Source: Octopus bimaculoides
Lineage: Eukaryota
Assembly: GCF_001194135.2 (NCBI RefSeq)
Contig: NC_068999.1
Span: forward strand, 17,108,206 to 17,148,336
Reading direction: 5' to 3'
Length of the DNA: 40,131 bases
Part shown: positions 1-10,165 of the stretch, piece by piece
Layout of the letters: each line of letters opens with the position of its first letter
How positions within the stretch are numbered: the first letter of the stretch is position 1
The notes under the pieces: generated by a model
What the model saw: the letters and a program-made list of their open reading frames with translations, nothing else
What the model was told of the DNA's origin: nothing
Databases searched by the model: none
Program-made: the position numbers and the translations under genes

Positions 1-23
1 TATATATATATATATATATATAT
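1..23. repeat. (TA)n microsatellite at window start
   Basis: Pure TA dinucleotide run. Confidence 0.95.
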
Positions 24-750
24 CTTCGTTTTACAGACAGATTTTGTTGGTTTCTGCTCTCAAACTTCAGGCATCAAAATTAACCAATGAATATTTGAAC
101 ATCACCAAGTGTCTTTTAATGCCAAGGTCCCGTACGTTCCAATGCCTGTATCTAGGTACAGTGTTTAACGACAAACTATGACGTTTTATTCCTTCCTTTC
201 TTCTCTCTTCTATAGATGGTTATGGAAAACTGTAGTTACATTTCCTGTTTGCGTAACCCAGCGAAAAATGGATTAAAACGTGAATTTTGATTAGAGAAAA
301 ACAAGCAGAAATTACGTTTATAATTGGATAAATAAATAAAATTTGTATGTAGCTTATTAAAACATCTGCATTGTAGAAAAAAATAATATATTCAGTGAAA
401 TGTTTGTCAGTAGCTGCTGTTTAAAACCGGTGTTAATGGTTAAATTTTATCACTAACAACTCTATTATTATGAACTCTCAAGTTCAAGTAACTCTAAGGA
501 ATAAGATTAAAGTACACACAGTAGGGAGCACCATGCTTATACTTCCTAATCGCAATAAAATATCAAGTAGTACTGTATGACGATTTGATTGAGAGGAATT
601 TTGAACTTCTGTATTTGTTGCATTAACACTACGGGAATAACTAACATCATTAAAATCACATGAGGCTACTAAACTACATACATGTATAATATATACATTC
701 TATCTTTCACAGACTCCAGTTGTTCTTTCCGTTTAAAAACTGGGCACTTA

Positions 751-791
751 CACATACATACATACATACATACATACATACATACATACAC
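751..791. repeat. (CATA)n tetranucleotide microsatellite
   Basis: About 10 consecutive CATA units. Confidence 0.95.
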
Positions 792-879
792 ACGTAGAAA
801 TGCGTGAAACAGACTTGTGTACCTAAATAAGATCATACATTAACTTCTTATATTTACATAGAATACATAGCAATAATCT

Positions 880-1109
880 ATGCTCACACACATGCATATG
901 TGTGTAATTATAGGCATACATATACCTATCAAACTCTCTCTATGTATATATGTGTGTGCGTGCGTGTGTCTGTATATATGTATATATATGTATACAGACA
1001 GATACACATACACATGTACGTATCTATCTACTTATCTCGCTTTCTCACTCTGTCTGTCTGTCTGTCTGTATGTATGTCTCTCTCTCAATATATATATATA
1101 TATATATAT

Positions 1110-1162
<53 letters not shown>
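880..1162. repeat. Compound microsatellite: degenerate TA/TG/CA, (TCTG)n, (TA)n, then (GA)n
   Basis: Direct reading. It explains the spurious ORFs 880..1203 and 900..1184. Confidence 0.9.
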
Positions 1163-1164
<2 letters not shown>

Positions 1165-1287
1165 CAAGTGAATATGGTACTTAAGTTTAGGCATTGGATT
1201 TAGTATGGTATTATCCATACAGTTTCAAAATATAGTGATTAAAATCAAAATAAGCAACAAGGATATCCAGAGGTAATGCAGTACGAT

Positions 1288-1580
1288 CGTTTCATGCGAC
1301 TACATTTCCTTGAACAATGTAAACATTATATCAAATATAAAATGTAGAGCAATCTTCAGCTGTACAAAGAAATAGAAATTTAATGAAATTACATTTGAAC
1401 AGAAGGACATATTTTTATAATTAAATCTAAAGTCCCTGAGTAGAAAGAAGGAATACAAAAAAACATTTTGACTTAGCCAGACCATACAGGCTAGTCTTTG
1501 AGCAGCTGAAGGTTGGTCTACATCATTTTATATTCGATATAATGTTTACATTGTTCAATTAAATGGAGTCGCATGAAGCG
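1288..1580. repeat. Long inverted repeat IR1 (arms 1288-1369 and 1496-1580, 126-bp spacer); possible MITE or fold-back element
   Basis: Left arm cgtttcatgcgactacatttccttgaacaatgtaaacattatatcaaatataaaatgtagagcaatcttcagctgtacaaag matches the reverse complement of 1496-1580 with 9 mismatches and one 3-bp indel. The right arm runs into the N-gap. Confidence 0.9.
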
Positions 1581-2217
1581 NNNNNNNNNNNNNNNNNNNN
1601 NNNNNNNNNNNNNNNNNNNNNNNNNNNNNNNNNNNNNNNNNNNNNNNNNNNNNNNNNNNNNNNNNNNNNNNNNNNNNNNNNNNNNNNNNNNNNNNNNNNN
1701 NNNNNNNNNNNNNNNNNNNNNNNNNNNNNNNNNNNNNNNNNNNNNNNNNNNNNNNNNNNNNNNNNNNNNNNNNNNNNNNNNNNNNNNNNNNNNNNNNNNN
1801 NNNNNNNNNNNNNNNNNNNNNNNNNNNNNNNNNNNNNNNNNNNNNNNNNNNNNNNNNNNNNNNNNNNNNNNNNNNNNNNNNNNNNNNNNNNNNNNNNNNN
1901 NNNNNNNNNNNNNNNNNNNNNNNNNNNNNNNNNNNNNNNNNNNNNNNNNNNNNNNNNNNNNNNNNNNNNNNNNNNNNNNNNNNNNNNNNNNNNNNNNNNN
2001 NNNNNNNNNNNNNNNNNNNNNNNNNNNNNNNNNNNNNNNNNNNNNNNNNNNNNNNNNNNNNNNNNNNNNNNNNNNNNNNNNNNNNNNNNNNNNNNNNNNN
2101 NNNNNNNNNNNNNNNNNNNNNNNNNNNNNNNNNNNNNNNNNNNNNNNNNNNNNNNNNNNNNNNNNNNNNNNNNNNNNNNNNNNNNNNNNNNNNNNNNNNN
2201 NNNNNNNNNNNNNNNNN

Positions 2218-2268
<51 letters not shown>
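1581..2268. other. Assembly gap (1581-2217) followed by (CA)n (2218-2268)
   Basis: N-run, then a pure CA repeat. Confidence 0.97.
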
Positions 2269-2270
<2 letters not shown>

Positions 2271-2617
2271 ATCGCTGTATTACTCATACTGAGTGTGCTT
2301 TGTCTGTCCGGGCGTGTGTCCGAATGTATTCGAACACTGTCATACGTATCAGAGCCGGTTCATTACTGCAAAGTAGAACGTCGCAGTCATCATTGAGTTA
2401 CTAATTTCCCGGAGTGAAGCTATTTTCGATTAGTGAAACAAGTTATGGCATGCAAGATATTGTGCTAAATAAAAATAATGAATAATGGATATTGTAAATG
2501 CTTTGAGTCATATTCAGAAAAGTGGATAAATTAATCATATTGTAGCATGACGCCTAATATTCATCCTAATACTGTTGATTTTCTTTCTATCAGTTCTGTC
2601 AATATTAGTTTCACAAT

Positions 2618-2735
2618 ATAGCACGGTGCCAGCAATTTTGAGGAGAAGCACGGGGCCAGCATATTGGAAGTCGATTATTTCGGATCCAGTGTTCAACTGG
2701 GATCTATCCTATCGACCCTGAAACGACGAAATTCT
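2618..2735 (-). mobile_element. Old, 5'-truncated tRNA-derived SINE fragment (family A core and tail)
   Basis: gtcgatt...ccagtgttcaactgg...tatcgaccctgaaacgacgaa aligns loosely with the better-preserved minus-strand copies at 24880-25062 and 25063-25295. Confidence 0.55.
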
Positions 2736-2739
2736 ACTA

Positions 2740-2905
2740 GGCAATATGCGTAGCGGCATTTCATCCGTCTTTACTTCCTGGGTTCAAATTCCACCGAGTC
2801 CCTATCGGTATCGATAAATTGAGTACCGGTGAAGCACTGAGGTCTACGTAAGTGACTCAGCCTCATACCCTTAAATTTCGAACCCCTGGGCCTACAGCAG
2901 AGAGG
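2740..2905 (+). mobile_element. Old tRNA-derived SINE (family A)
   Basis: tagcggcatttcatccgtctttacttcctgggttcaaattccaccgag...tcgataaattgagtacc...agcactgaggtc has a B-box-like GGGTTCAAATTCC and the core shared with 18444-18666 and 39153-39355. Confidence 0.7.
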
Positions 2906-3185
2906 ATTTTTTACTTTTAACACTGCTGTTGTTCCTCCTCCTCCTCCTCCTGTGAGCAACGACAGAGAGTAAAATAGGAAGAGGGAGAGACAGAGACAGA
3001 TTAGGGAAAAGATGAGAGAAAAAAACTTAAGTGAGAGGAGGGAAAAAAGAATTACAAAAAGGAAGAGAAAGAATACGAAACGGGGAGAGAGAAAACAATA
3101 CAAGTTAGAGTCGCATCAATATTATTTAGATAATTTCTTTGGAAATGGATGCGTGGCGTTCAGTCATATAATTCGTATAAATAAA

Positions 3186-3189
<4 letters not shown>

Positions 3190-3254
<65 letters not shown>

Positions 3255-3292
3255 CACACACACATACACACACACATACATACACACACACA
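3190..3292. repeat. (TA)n followed by (CA)/(CATA) microsatellite
   Basis: Direct reading. Confidence 0.95.
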
Positions 3293-4064
3293 TATTGACT
3301 GCACATGCAAAATGCATTAAGAGAGTGGTAGTTTCTGAAACATACAATTGCTTTTAGAAGAGAAGGTTCTTCTTACTAGATATATTGCGAAAACTGTTAT
3401 TTATTTATTTATTCATTTATTTCGTCTAGTAAATTTTCTACAACAAAAGTAATCAAGACATTCTTATTGGAAAATGGTTTCATAGTACTTGTGCAATTAA
3501 TGCAATCGTCGTTATTGGAAATGATCACTAGTTCTATTAAATTTACAGCTAATCAGTCTGAAACAATTAACAATTTAAATTATTATATTACCAAAGCTAT
3601 TTACTCCATTTTAAGCAATTAATCCGAAAGCAAGTCGGTCCTGAACTAAATATAAATTAAAGCTTGTCACTCAGAGCTCTTCGCTTCGTAATATAGTTGA
3701 ATTTAGTCTGTGTATAATTATGTAGTATTTTACATCGGCGGCATTGACTCAAATTTTTTCTGATATATTAGCTCACACGGGAATTGGATATTGTATACCA
3801 AGAGCGCATGTTGGAAATTTCTTTACATATTCTATGAGGGTTCGTAATTCATCGTAGAAAACTAAATGGTGTGATTGGTTATTTACAATGCCTGTTGAAA
3901 CTTACGCAAACCAAATGCATCCTGGTGGTGGACTGAATGCCATTCTACATTTTCCTTTGTTTATATATTAAGTACACATTCTGAAATTTTCTCTTCTCCC
4001 GAGGTCATGGTATTAAATCAAGTTTCCGCATGTTTTTTTTCTCTCTTTGCGCCATCAATTAAAT

Positions 4065-4299
4065 CAGAGATTCTCAACTTGGGGTTCATATAAGATTTTC
4101 TTGTTAGAATTTATGAGTAATAAATTGCTTATATCTTTACGATATACAAGATATTTTAAATTTTTTTGTACAATTCCTAATCACCTTTAATCATACAAAT
4201 ACAGCATATTTGTATATACATTAAATGATTATGGAGCTCCAGCAAATTAAAATAGGAACCGAAGGAGTCCATAGGCAGAAAAATTATCGCGAACCACTG
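4065..4299. mobile_element. Non-autonomous hAT (Charlie-like) MITE remnant inside the IR2 spacer
   Basis: Ends cagagattctcaac (4065) and atcgcgaaccactg (4299) are both degenerate versions of a CAGTGGTTCTCAAC terminal inverted repeat, the type that starts MER5A and MER20. Subterminal ggggttcata and ggagtccata motifs are present. The interior is AT-rich and non-coding. No 8-bp TSD is retained. Confidence 0.55.
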
Positions 4300-4510
4300 A
4301 GCTAGACGAACGACTTCTTGTGAGTTCTTTGGAGGTCACTATGGGATTGTCATAATTTTCATGTGGAAATACAAAGATGCTTTCCTATTGCTTTTTTGGG
4401 ATATTTAATAAAACAAAATTAAACCAGCTAAATCGTTGCTAGGGACTTTAAATCAATTGTACCCACTCCCACAATCCTTGTACGTTATTAGATATATTTC
4501 TTACTTCCAG

Positions 4511-4531
4511 GTGAACAAGCACTTTTTATCG
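4511..4531 (+). CDS. Candidate 21-nt phase 0/0 microexon (VNKHFLS), product unknown
   Basis: Acceptor atatttcttacttccag, donor TCG|gtaact, open in frame 0. Splice-signal pattern only. Confidence 0.15.
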
Positions 4532-4917
4532 GTAACTAGAAGTATTCATAAGTATTGTACTGGCGAGAAGCATATTTGATCCCGTTATCAACAACATTTC
4601 ACTCATAGGATTTTGTTGGAAATTTTGATTTATGTAATCCGTATATAATTCAGTATGTATATATAATTTGTACTTATAATATAAAGAACGGGAAAATGTA
4701 GAATGGCATTTAGTTCAGCACCAGGATGCTTTGTGGTTTGCGTAAGTCTCAACAGGCATTGAAAATAACCAATCACACCATTTAGTTTTCTACGATGAAT
4801 TACGAACCCTCATAGAATATCTCAAGAAATTTCCAACATACGCTCTTGGTATACAATATCCCTTTCCCGTGTGAGCTAATATATCAGAAAAAAATTGAGT
4901 CAATGCCGCTGATGTAA

Positions 4918-4977
4918 AATGCGTATTATAACAATCAAAATTTATATAATGCGTATTATAACAATCAAAAATTATAT
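4918..4977 (+). repeat. 30-bp tandem duplication at the outer end of the IR2 right arm
   Basis: aatgcgtattataacaatcaaaatttatat followed by aatgcgtattataacaatcaaaaattatat (1 mismatch). Confidence 0.95.
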
Positions 4978-5544
4978 TTAACTTTGAAATGGGACCTGAA
5001 TTTGGTTATTGGGGCCGGAATTCAGTGCGTGAGTGGTTTTAGATTATTGGTAATCCAACATGATATCAAAATGATACATTGTAGAATTTGAACTCTGACC
5101 TTACTGAGACGTAATTAACTATAAAGCAGGGCATTCTTCTTTTTCCTTTTCCTTTGTTCTTTATCCTTCATTTCCCTACTTTTATTACTAAACCACATTC
5201 CAAATGCCTAAAGCAAAATATAAAATGAACGCTGTTCTCATTTTTATATTTTTTGCTTCCCCCCTTTTTTTTTTCCTTAATATTTTGATGTCTTAATCTA
5301 GAAAATGGTATTATGTTCAAGGCTATTGCAGGGTTTTCAAAACTTTCAAAATCGGTTAAATGTATGTTAAAAAAAACATATGTTCTCAGGTGGATTAACA
5401 GCAATTTGTTATTCTGCGATAGAATGACTCAGGGTTAGGATTAGGGATAAGAACTGCAGAGAAAACGGAGAAGCGACTCGGTTAGGTCTAAGTAGAGATT
5501 GCACGAGAGTAAGAAGCTTAGGGTATCAAACGTCATTGCAGTAA

Positions 5545-5716
5545 TTGAAGAAGAGATAGACAAATAGATAGATACAGAGAGAGAGGAGGGAGATAGAAAG
5601 AGAAGCAGACCTAGAGACAGAGAGAGAGAGAACGAGAAGGGAGTGTGTATGTGTGAAAGGGAGAGAAAGAGAAGGCAGAGTATGTGTGTGTGAAAGAGAG
5701 AGAGAGAGAGAGAGAA
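5545..5716. repeat. GA-rich low-complexity tract ending in (GA)n
   Basis: Direct reading. Confidence 0.85.
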
Positions 5717-6659
5717 AGCATTCGTGAGTCGGACATAAGATTGTATTGGCAGTCGGTTCACGATTTATTAAGTGGTGTTGAGGTTATATGCTTTTCAGCC
5801 AATGCACCCCAGATGTGGTAGGAATATAGCATTGTGAGTCTCACTCGAGCATTATTGTGTACCCTTAGTTGTAACAGGAAACTGAATTTCTTTCTTCCTT
5901 GAATAGAAAGACTACGCATTGTGATGTAGCATGTGCTGTATTTGTTGAAGTTCTGAGTTTACCAGAAGAGATGTTTACTAATGGGGAAAAAATACCAGTC
6001 TTTGAGTATTTCAGATTTCTAAATGAGTGTTATTTAAATTTATGGGGAATATGATTCAATATTTTTTTTATATTTCTTTGTAGTCAACGTGTTTCATTAA
6101 TGGATTTAAGGTTGAAATTATTGTGTATTTCTGACTCTGATAATACACTCTTAGTAATATAAAATGAAATCAAATAATAATTACTACGTAAAAAATGAAA
6201 AAATGTTAGTATTTCTATTTTATTTTGTTCTTGCGATCCCCACTGATTAGTGTAATTCGTATACTCGGTTTTCTATTTTTGCATCAAAATTTTGTAAAAC
6301 GCTAGATATTCATGCCACGATTCAACATCTATTCACAGCTAGTGTTCAGCGTTAATGCTTTAAGGAAATACATGATTTCTTTCTTCCGGTGCTGTGGGTA
6401 TTTTAAAATTAAACATGCTCGTATCTGAGATATCAAGCCGATTTTTCATTATTACAAGCAGTACTTTCTTATAGCTAATCATAGGAGTACCATGTGAATG
6501 TATTCTAAATATCCTGACCTATCATTTCTTCTCTCGTTTACTGCCATTGCATAGTAATATGCATTTTGAAACATTTTTTATTCTGTTCGCTTCTGTTCGT
6601 CAAAGTCATGTGGGAGGTAAAATAAATAGAGCTTCGAACAGAACACATTGTATTCAAAT

Positions 6660-6745
6660 GGTAGAATCAGTCGAATGCTGACCAAAATTGCATGCGTAAT
6701 TATAAGTTCTGAGTTCAAACACCACCGAGTTTCCTTTGTCTCATA
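6660..6745 (+). mobile_element. Highly decayed SINE head fragment (family A)
   Basis: gttctgagttcaaacaccaccgagtttcctttgtctcat resembles gttctgagttcaaattccgccgaggtagactttgcctttcat of the 18444 copy. Confidence 0.45.
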
Positions 6746-7112
6746 TTTTCTGAAGCTATCAAGCAAAGTATCGAATCTTATGTATCACAACGTGGTTCAT
6801 ACAATCGACTATGCGCTTGAAGGATGTCTACAGTGAAAAGAGTAAAGAAACCAATAACAGACTATGTTTATGGTTAGCTTGATACGAGAAACCGATTGGT
6901 GGAAGCGTGGAAGAAATACATTTGAATCTAGAACGTTGTAATCCAAATCAGCATCTGATAAACATCGACGTTGATAAAAGAAGCCAAGGAAAATGCCTCT
7001 ACATGATTGTTTCAATGACGCGAAAGAGCCGCGAAATCTCCTTAAAATAACACCAAGGCGTGTTAGAAAAGATAATGTGATCAACCTAGGTTCCCAATAA
7101 ATAGGAGATATT

Positions 7113-7270
7113 CGGGATTACTCATGGCCGGAATGCCTTTGATCATAATTCTGATCAACACAAGTAGATCTGGAATTAAACAAAAACAGAAACATCATCA
7201 ACCATATCTACGACGAAGTCAACAACACCGAAAATGACGGCGAGAACTAGAAGAACAACGAAGACACAAA
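7113..7270 (+). mobile_element. Possible retroposon 3' end with decayed (CAA)n-type tail
   Basis: A short unique segment (catggccggaatgcctttgatcata) is followed by a degenerate AAC/GAC trinucleotide tract. A weaker reverse-oriented counterpart with a (GTT)-rich tract lies at about 13400-13500. Confidence 0.3.
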
Positions 7271-7550
7271 CTATGCTTTCATTTTCATAATATTGATTGA
7301 TGCGTATTTTATTTATTCAAGGTACTTTTTTCTCTTTATAATTTAATAACATTCTCTTGGATTTGCAAAAATATCCAAATCTCATTACATGATATTTTCT
7401 TTGTTTAAACCCACGTTCATATCCAGCTCTGACTGAACAAATGCACGTTCATATTCATTCTTGCCATTCGTCATATTTATCCAGTAAAAGAATAATTAAA
7501 ACTGCATGAGCAATACGTGCTGTTTATTTAATGCGGGTTTTTTTTTCCAG

Positions 7551-7593
7551 AGAGAATTAGTTGCTAATATTAGAGGTCGAAGAGCCATCCACA
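7551..7593 (+). CDS. Candidate 43-nt internal coding exon, phase 0 to 1 (RELVANIRGRRAIH), product unknown
   Basis: Strong acceptor gggtttttttttccag, consensus donor ACA|gtaagt, and only one stop-free frame. No protein family recognised. Confidence 0.35.
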
Positions 7594-7904
7594 GTAAGTT
7601 ATATTTCATTAGATACACATTTATTTATAATTGGTGTGATCTTTTCCGCTTTTATCCAAAGAAATGATTAAATGCTTAATATCTAAATCCTCAAACGCAT
7701 TGGGAATAGATTTCAGGGAGTAGCAGCGCCATAAACTCAGAACTTATACAGAAGCGTGATTATGTTCAAGTGTATTCTTGTGTTCCTTATAATAATAAAA
7801 GTACCAACAAGCAAATGGTATGTGTGTATATATATATATATATCTTAGTTTAATACCGTGAATAGTAAAAATTATTATAGGCATATAGAACAGTTCTGTA
7901 ACAT

Positions 7905-7919
7905 TGAACTTTGACCTTG
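7905..7919 (-). promoter_or_regulatory. Nuclear-receptor DR1 element overlapping an SF-1/FTZ-F1/ERR-type half-site
   Basis: Plus tgaactttgaccttg reads CAAGGTCAAAGTTCA on the minus strand, i.e. AGGTCA-A-AGTTCA (DR1) with a 5' CA extension. Motif match only. Confidence 0.3.
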
Positions 7920-8299
7920 CTATGTATTCGCCTCTGTGGTAGAATCGATAAGAGACATCAAGGTCTAGGTCCTTGATGTATAGTAAAAAATAGAGAAGAA
8001 AAACAATTATATATAAGAGAATGAGATGGACGAAATAATCATCAAAGATCTAAATAATATCCTCTGGATTTTGATGATTCTTTTTTCTTTCTGCGACTGC
8101 TATGCGGAAGCAATTCGGATTAGTGAGTCTTCCGAAGATAGCTTACTTTTGTCACGCAGCAGTCATTTTCAGAAGTCAAGAAAAGCGCCACGGGCAATGC
8201 CCTATTTCCCTTTACAATTTATTAGATGTAAAAGAAAATCAGTGTTGTTAAGAATTGATAAGATCACAAATCTAAGATGTCTAATCTATCTATCTATTA

Positions 8300-8530
8300 A
8301 TCTCTCTATGTATTTTCATATACATATATACTTACATACAAACATACACACGGAGACACATACCTCTATATNNNNNNNNNNNNNNNNNNNNNNNNNNNNN
8401 NNNNNNNNNNNNNNNNNNNNNNNNNNNNNNNNNNNNNNNNNNNNNNNNNNNNNNNNNNNNNNNNNNNNNNNNNNNNNNNNNNNNNNNNNNNNTACATACA
8501 TACATGCATAAATACATGCGGGCGCACACG
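8300..8530. other. Assembly gap 8372-8492 within (TA)/(CATA) microsatellite
   Basis: N-run with simple-repeat flanks. Confidence 0.95.
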
Positions 8531-8995
8531 CATTTATCTGTACTTATGGATGCATATATTAGTAGAATAAATCTATTAAAAACAGAAAGCAGAAAACAGA
8601 GACAGGTGAGAGAACAACAATCACGTTGTATTAGTTTGACAATCAGGGAAAATGGAGAAGTTTTTGACGTTTCCAGTACATGCTCTTCCACAGAAAGGAA
8701 TGAAGAAAGAAAACGAAGAGAAAAAAAGTGTCTCGATTAACGGTTTTATATGTCATGTGGAGTGGCAGGATGTGATTGAATGCGTAGGGAAATAACCGGT
8801 GCAATGCATTACCAAACAGAAAGCTATTGTTGTCATTAAATATGACTAAGGATGTCGGAACATCAACATTGCTAGAAATAAGAGCTAAAATGCTCTAAGT
8901 TTGTAGTCAAAGCGCATAATAATATACATTTATACTGACAAAGACCGTATCACCCGAAAGCCTCGGTCGATAATTCCCTATATATATATGAACAC

Positions 8996-8996
<1 letters not shown>

Positions 8997-9077
<81 letters not shown>
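8997..9077. repeat. (CA)n microsatellite, about 40 units
   Basis: Direct reading. Confidence 0.97.
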
Positions 9078-9083
<6 letters not shown>

Positions 9084-9484
9084 TACACACACATGTATAT
9101 TTGTTTGTACGTATGGATGGATATAAGCATCTCGTTGCAAATGATGTATTTTATTATTATTTCCTTTGTTTTCCGTTTTCAATACTAATTCTTCCTGATC
9201 TCCGTGTAATTCCCTTTACTGATTTCTTTCACAATTCGCCCCTCCCTCCGCATTTCTTTTGCTATACTTATTTTATATTTATCTTAGCTTTTCAGACGTT
9301 CACTGATCATTTAACTAAAGATCTCAAAACAGCTCACAATAAAAAAAATAATAAGGCATTAACTTTTCTTATTCAACAGGGATTACATCCGGTTGACATT
9401 TTGCAAATTAGGATGGGGATTTGAATGTTAAACAATTTTAAGAAAGTGGAATATTATTCTGTTTTCCTTTATTATACACGTAAC

Positions 9485-9557
9485 CACACACACACAAGCG
9501 CATACGCACACACACAAGAGCATACGCACACACACAAGAGCATACGCACACACACAA
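9485..9557 (+). repeat. 20-bp minisatellite, about 3.6 copies of acacacacaagagcatacgc
   Basis: Exact 20-bp period, one substitution in the first copy. Confidence 0.93.
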
Positions 9558-10165
9558 ACATATATATATATATACNNNNNNNNNNNNNNNNNNNNNNNNN
9601 NNNNNNNNNNNNNNNNNNNNNNNNNNNNNNNNNNNNNNNNNNNNNNNNNNNNNNNNNNNNNNNNNNNNNNNNNNNNNNNNNNNNNNNNNNNNNNNNNNNN
9701 NNNNNNNNNNNNNNNNNNNNNNNNNNNNNNNNNNNNNNNNNNNNNNNNNNNNNNNNNNNNNNNNNNNNNNNNNNNNNNNNNNNNNNNNNNNNNNNNNNNN
9801 NNNNNNNNNNNNNNNNNNNNNNNNNNNNNNNNNNNNNNNNNNNNNNNNNNNNNNNNNNNNNNNNNNNNNNNNNNNNNNNNNNNNNNNNNNNNNNNNNNNN
9901 NNNNNNNNNNNNNNNNNNNNNNNNNNNNNNNNNNNNNNNNNNNNNNNNNNNNNNNNNNNNNNNNNNNNNNNNNNNNNNNNNNNNNNNNNNNNNNNNNNNN
10001 NNNNNNNNNNNNNNNNNNNNNNNNNNNNNNNNNNNNNNNNNNNNNNNNNNNNNNNNNNNNNNNNNNNNNNNNNNNNNNNNNNNNNNNNNNNNNNNNNNNN
10101 NNNNNNNNNNNNNNNNNNNNNNNNNNNNNNNNNNNNNNNATATATATATATATATATATATATAG
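9558..10165. other. Assembly gap 9576-10138 flanked by (TA)n
   Basis: N-run. Confidence 0.97.

Larger units (their letters stand above)
3727..4920. repeat. Long inverted repeat IR2 (arms 3727-3980 and 4665-4920, about 684-bp spacer); fold-back-like element or local inverted duplication
   Basis: Arms are reverse complements at about 92% (about 18 mismatches, 2 indels). They include a 58-bp perfect block, atattctatgagggttcgtaattcatcgtagaaaactaaatggtgtgattggttattt. Confidence 0.95.

Noticed and set aside
2269-2396. Signal-peptide-like IIAVLLILSVLCLSGRVSEC after the (CA)n run
   Set aside because: No in-frame start or acceptor is visible because upstream is repeat and gap. The frame stops after about 42 codons and has no recognisable family.
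7190-7270. Thr-rich or HIYDEV-containing short frames
   Set aside because: Better explained as a decayed AAC/GAC trinucleotide tail.
8026-8300. ORF MDEIIIKDLNNILWILMILFSFCDCYAEA... resembling a secreted precursor
   Set aside because: The hydrophobic stretch comes from T-rich DNA, the frame runs into microsatellite and gap, and there is no convincing donor or homology.
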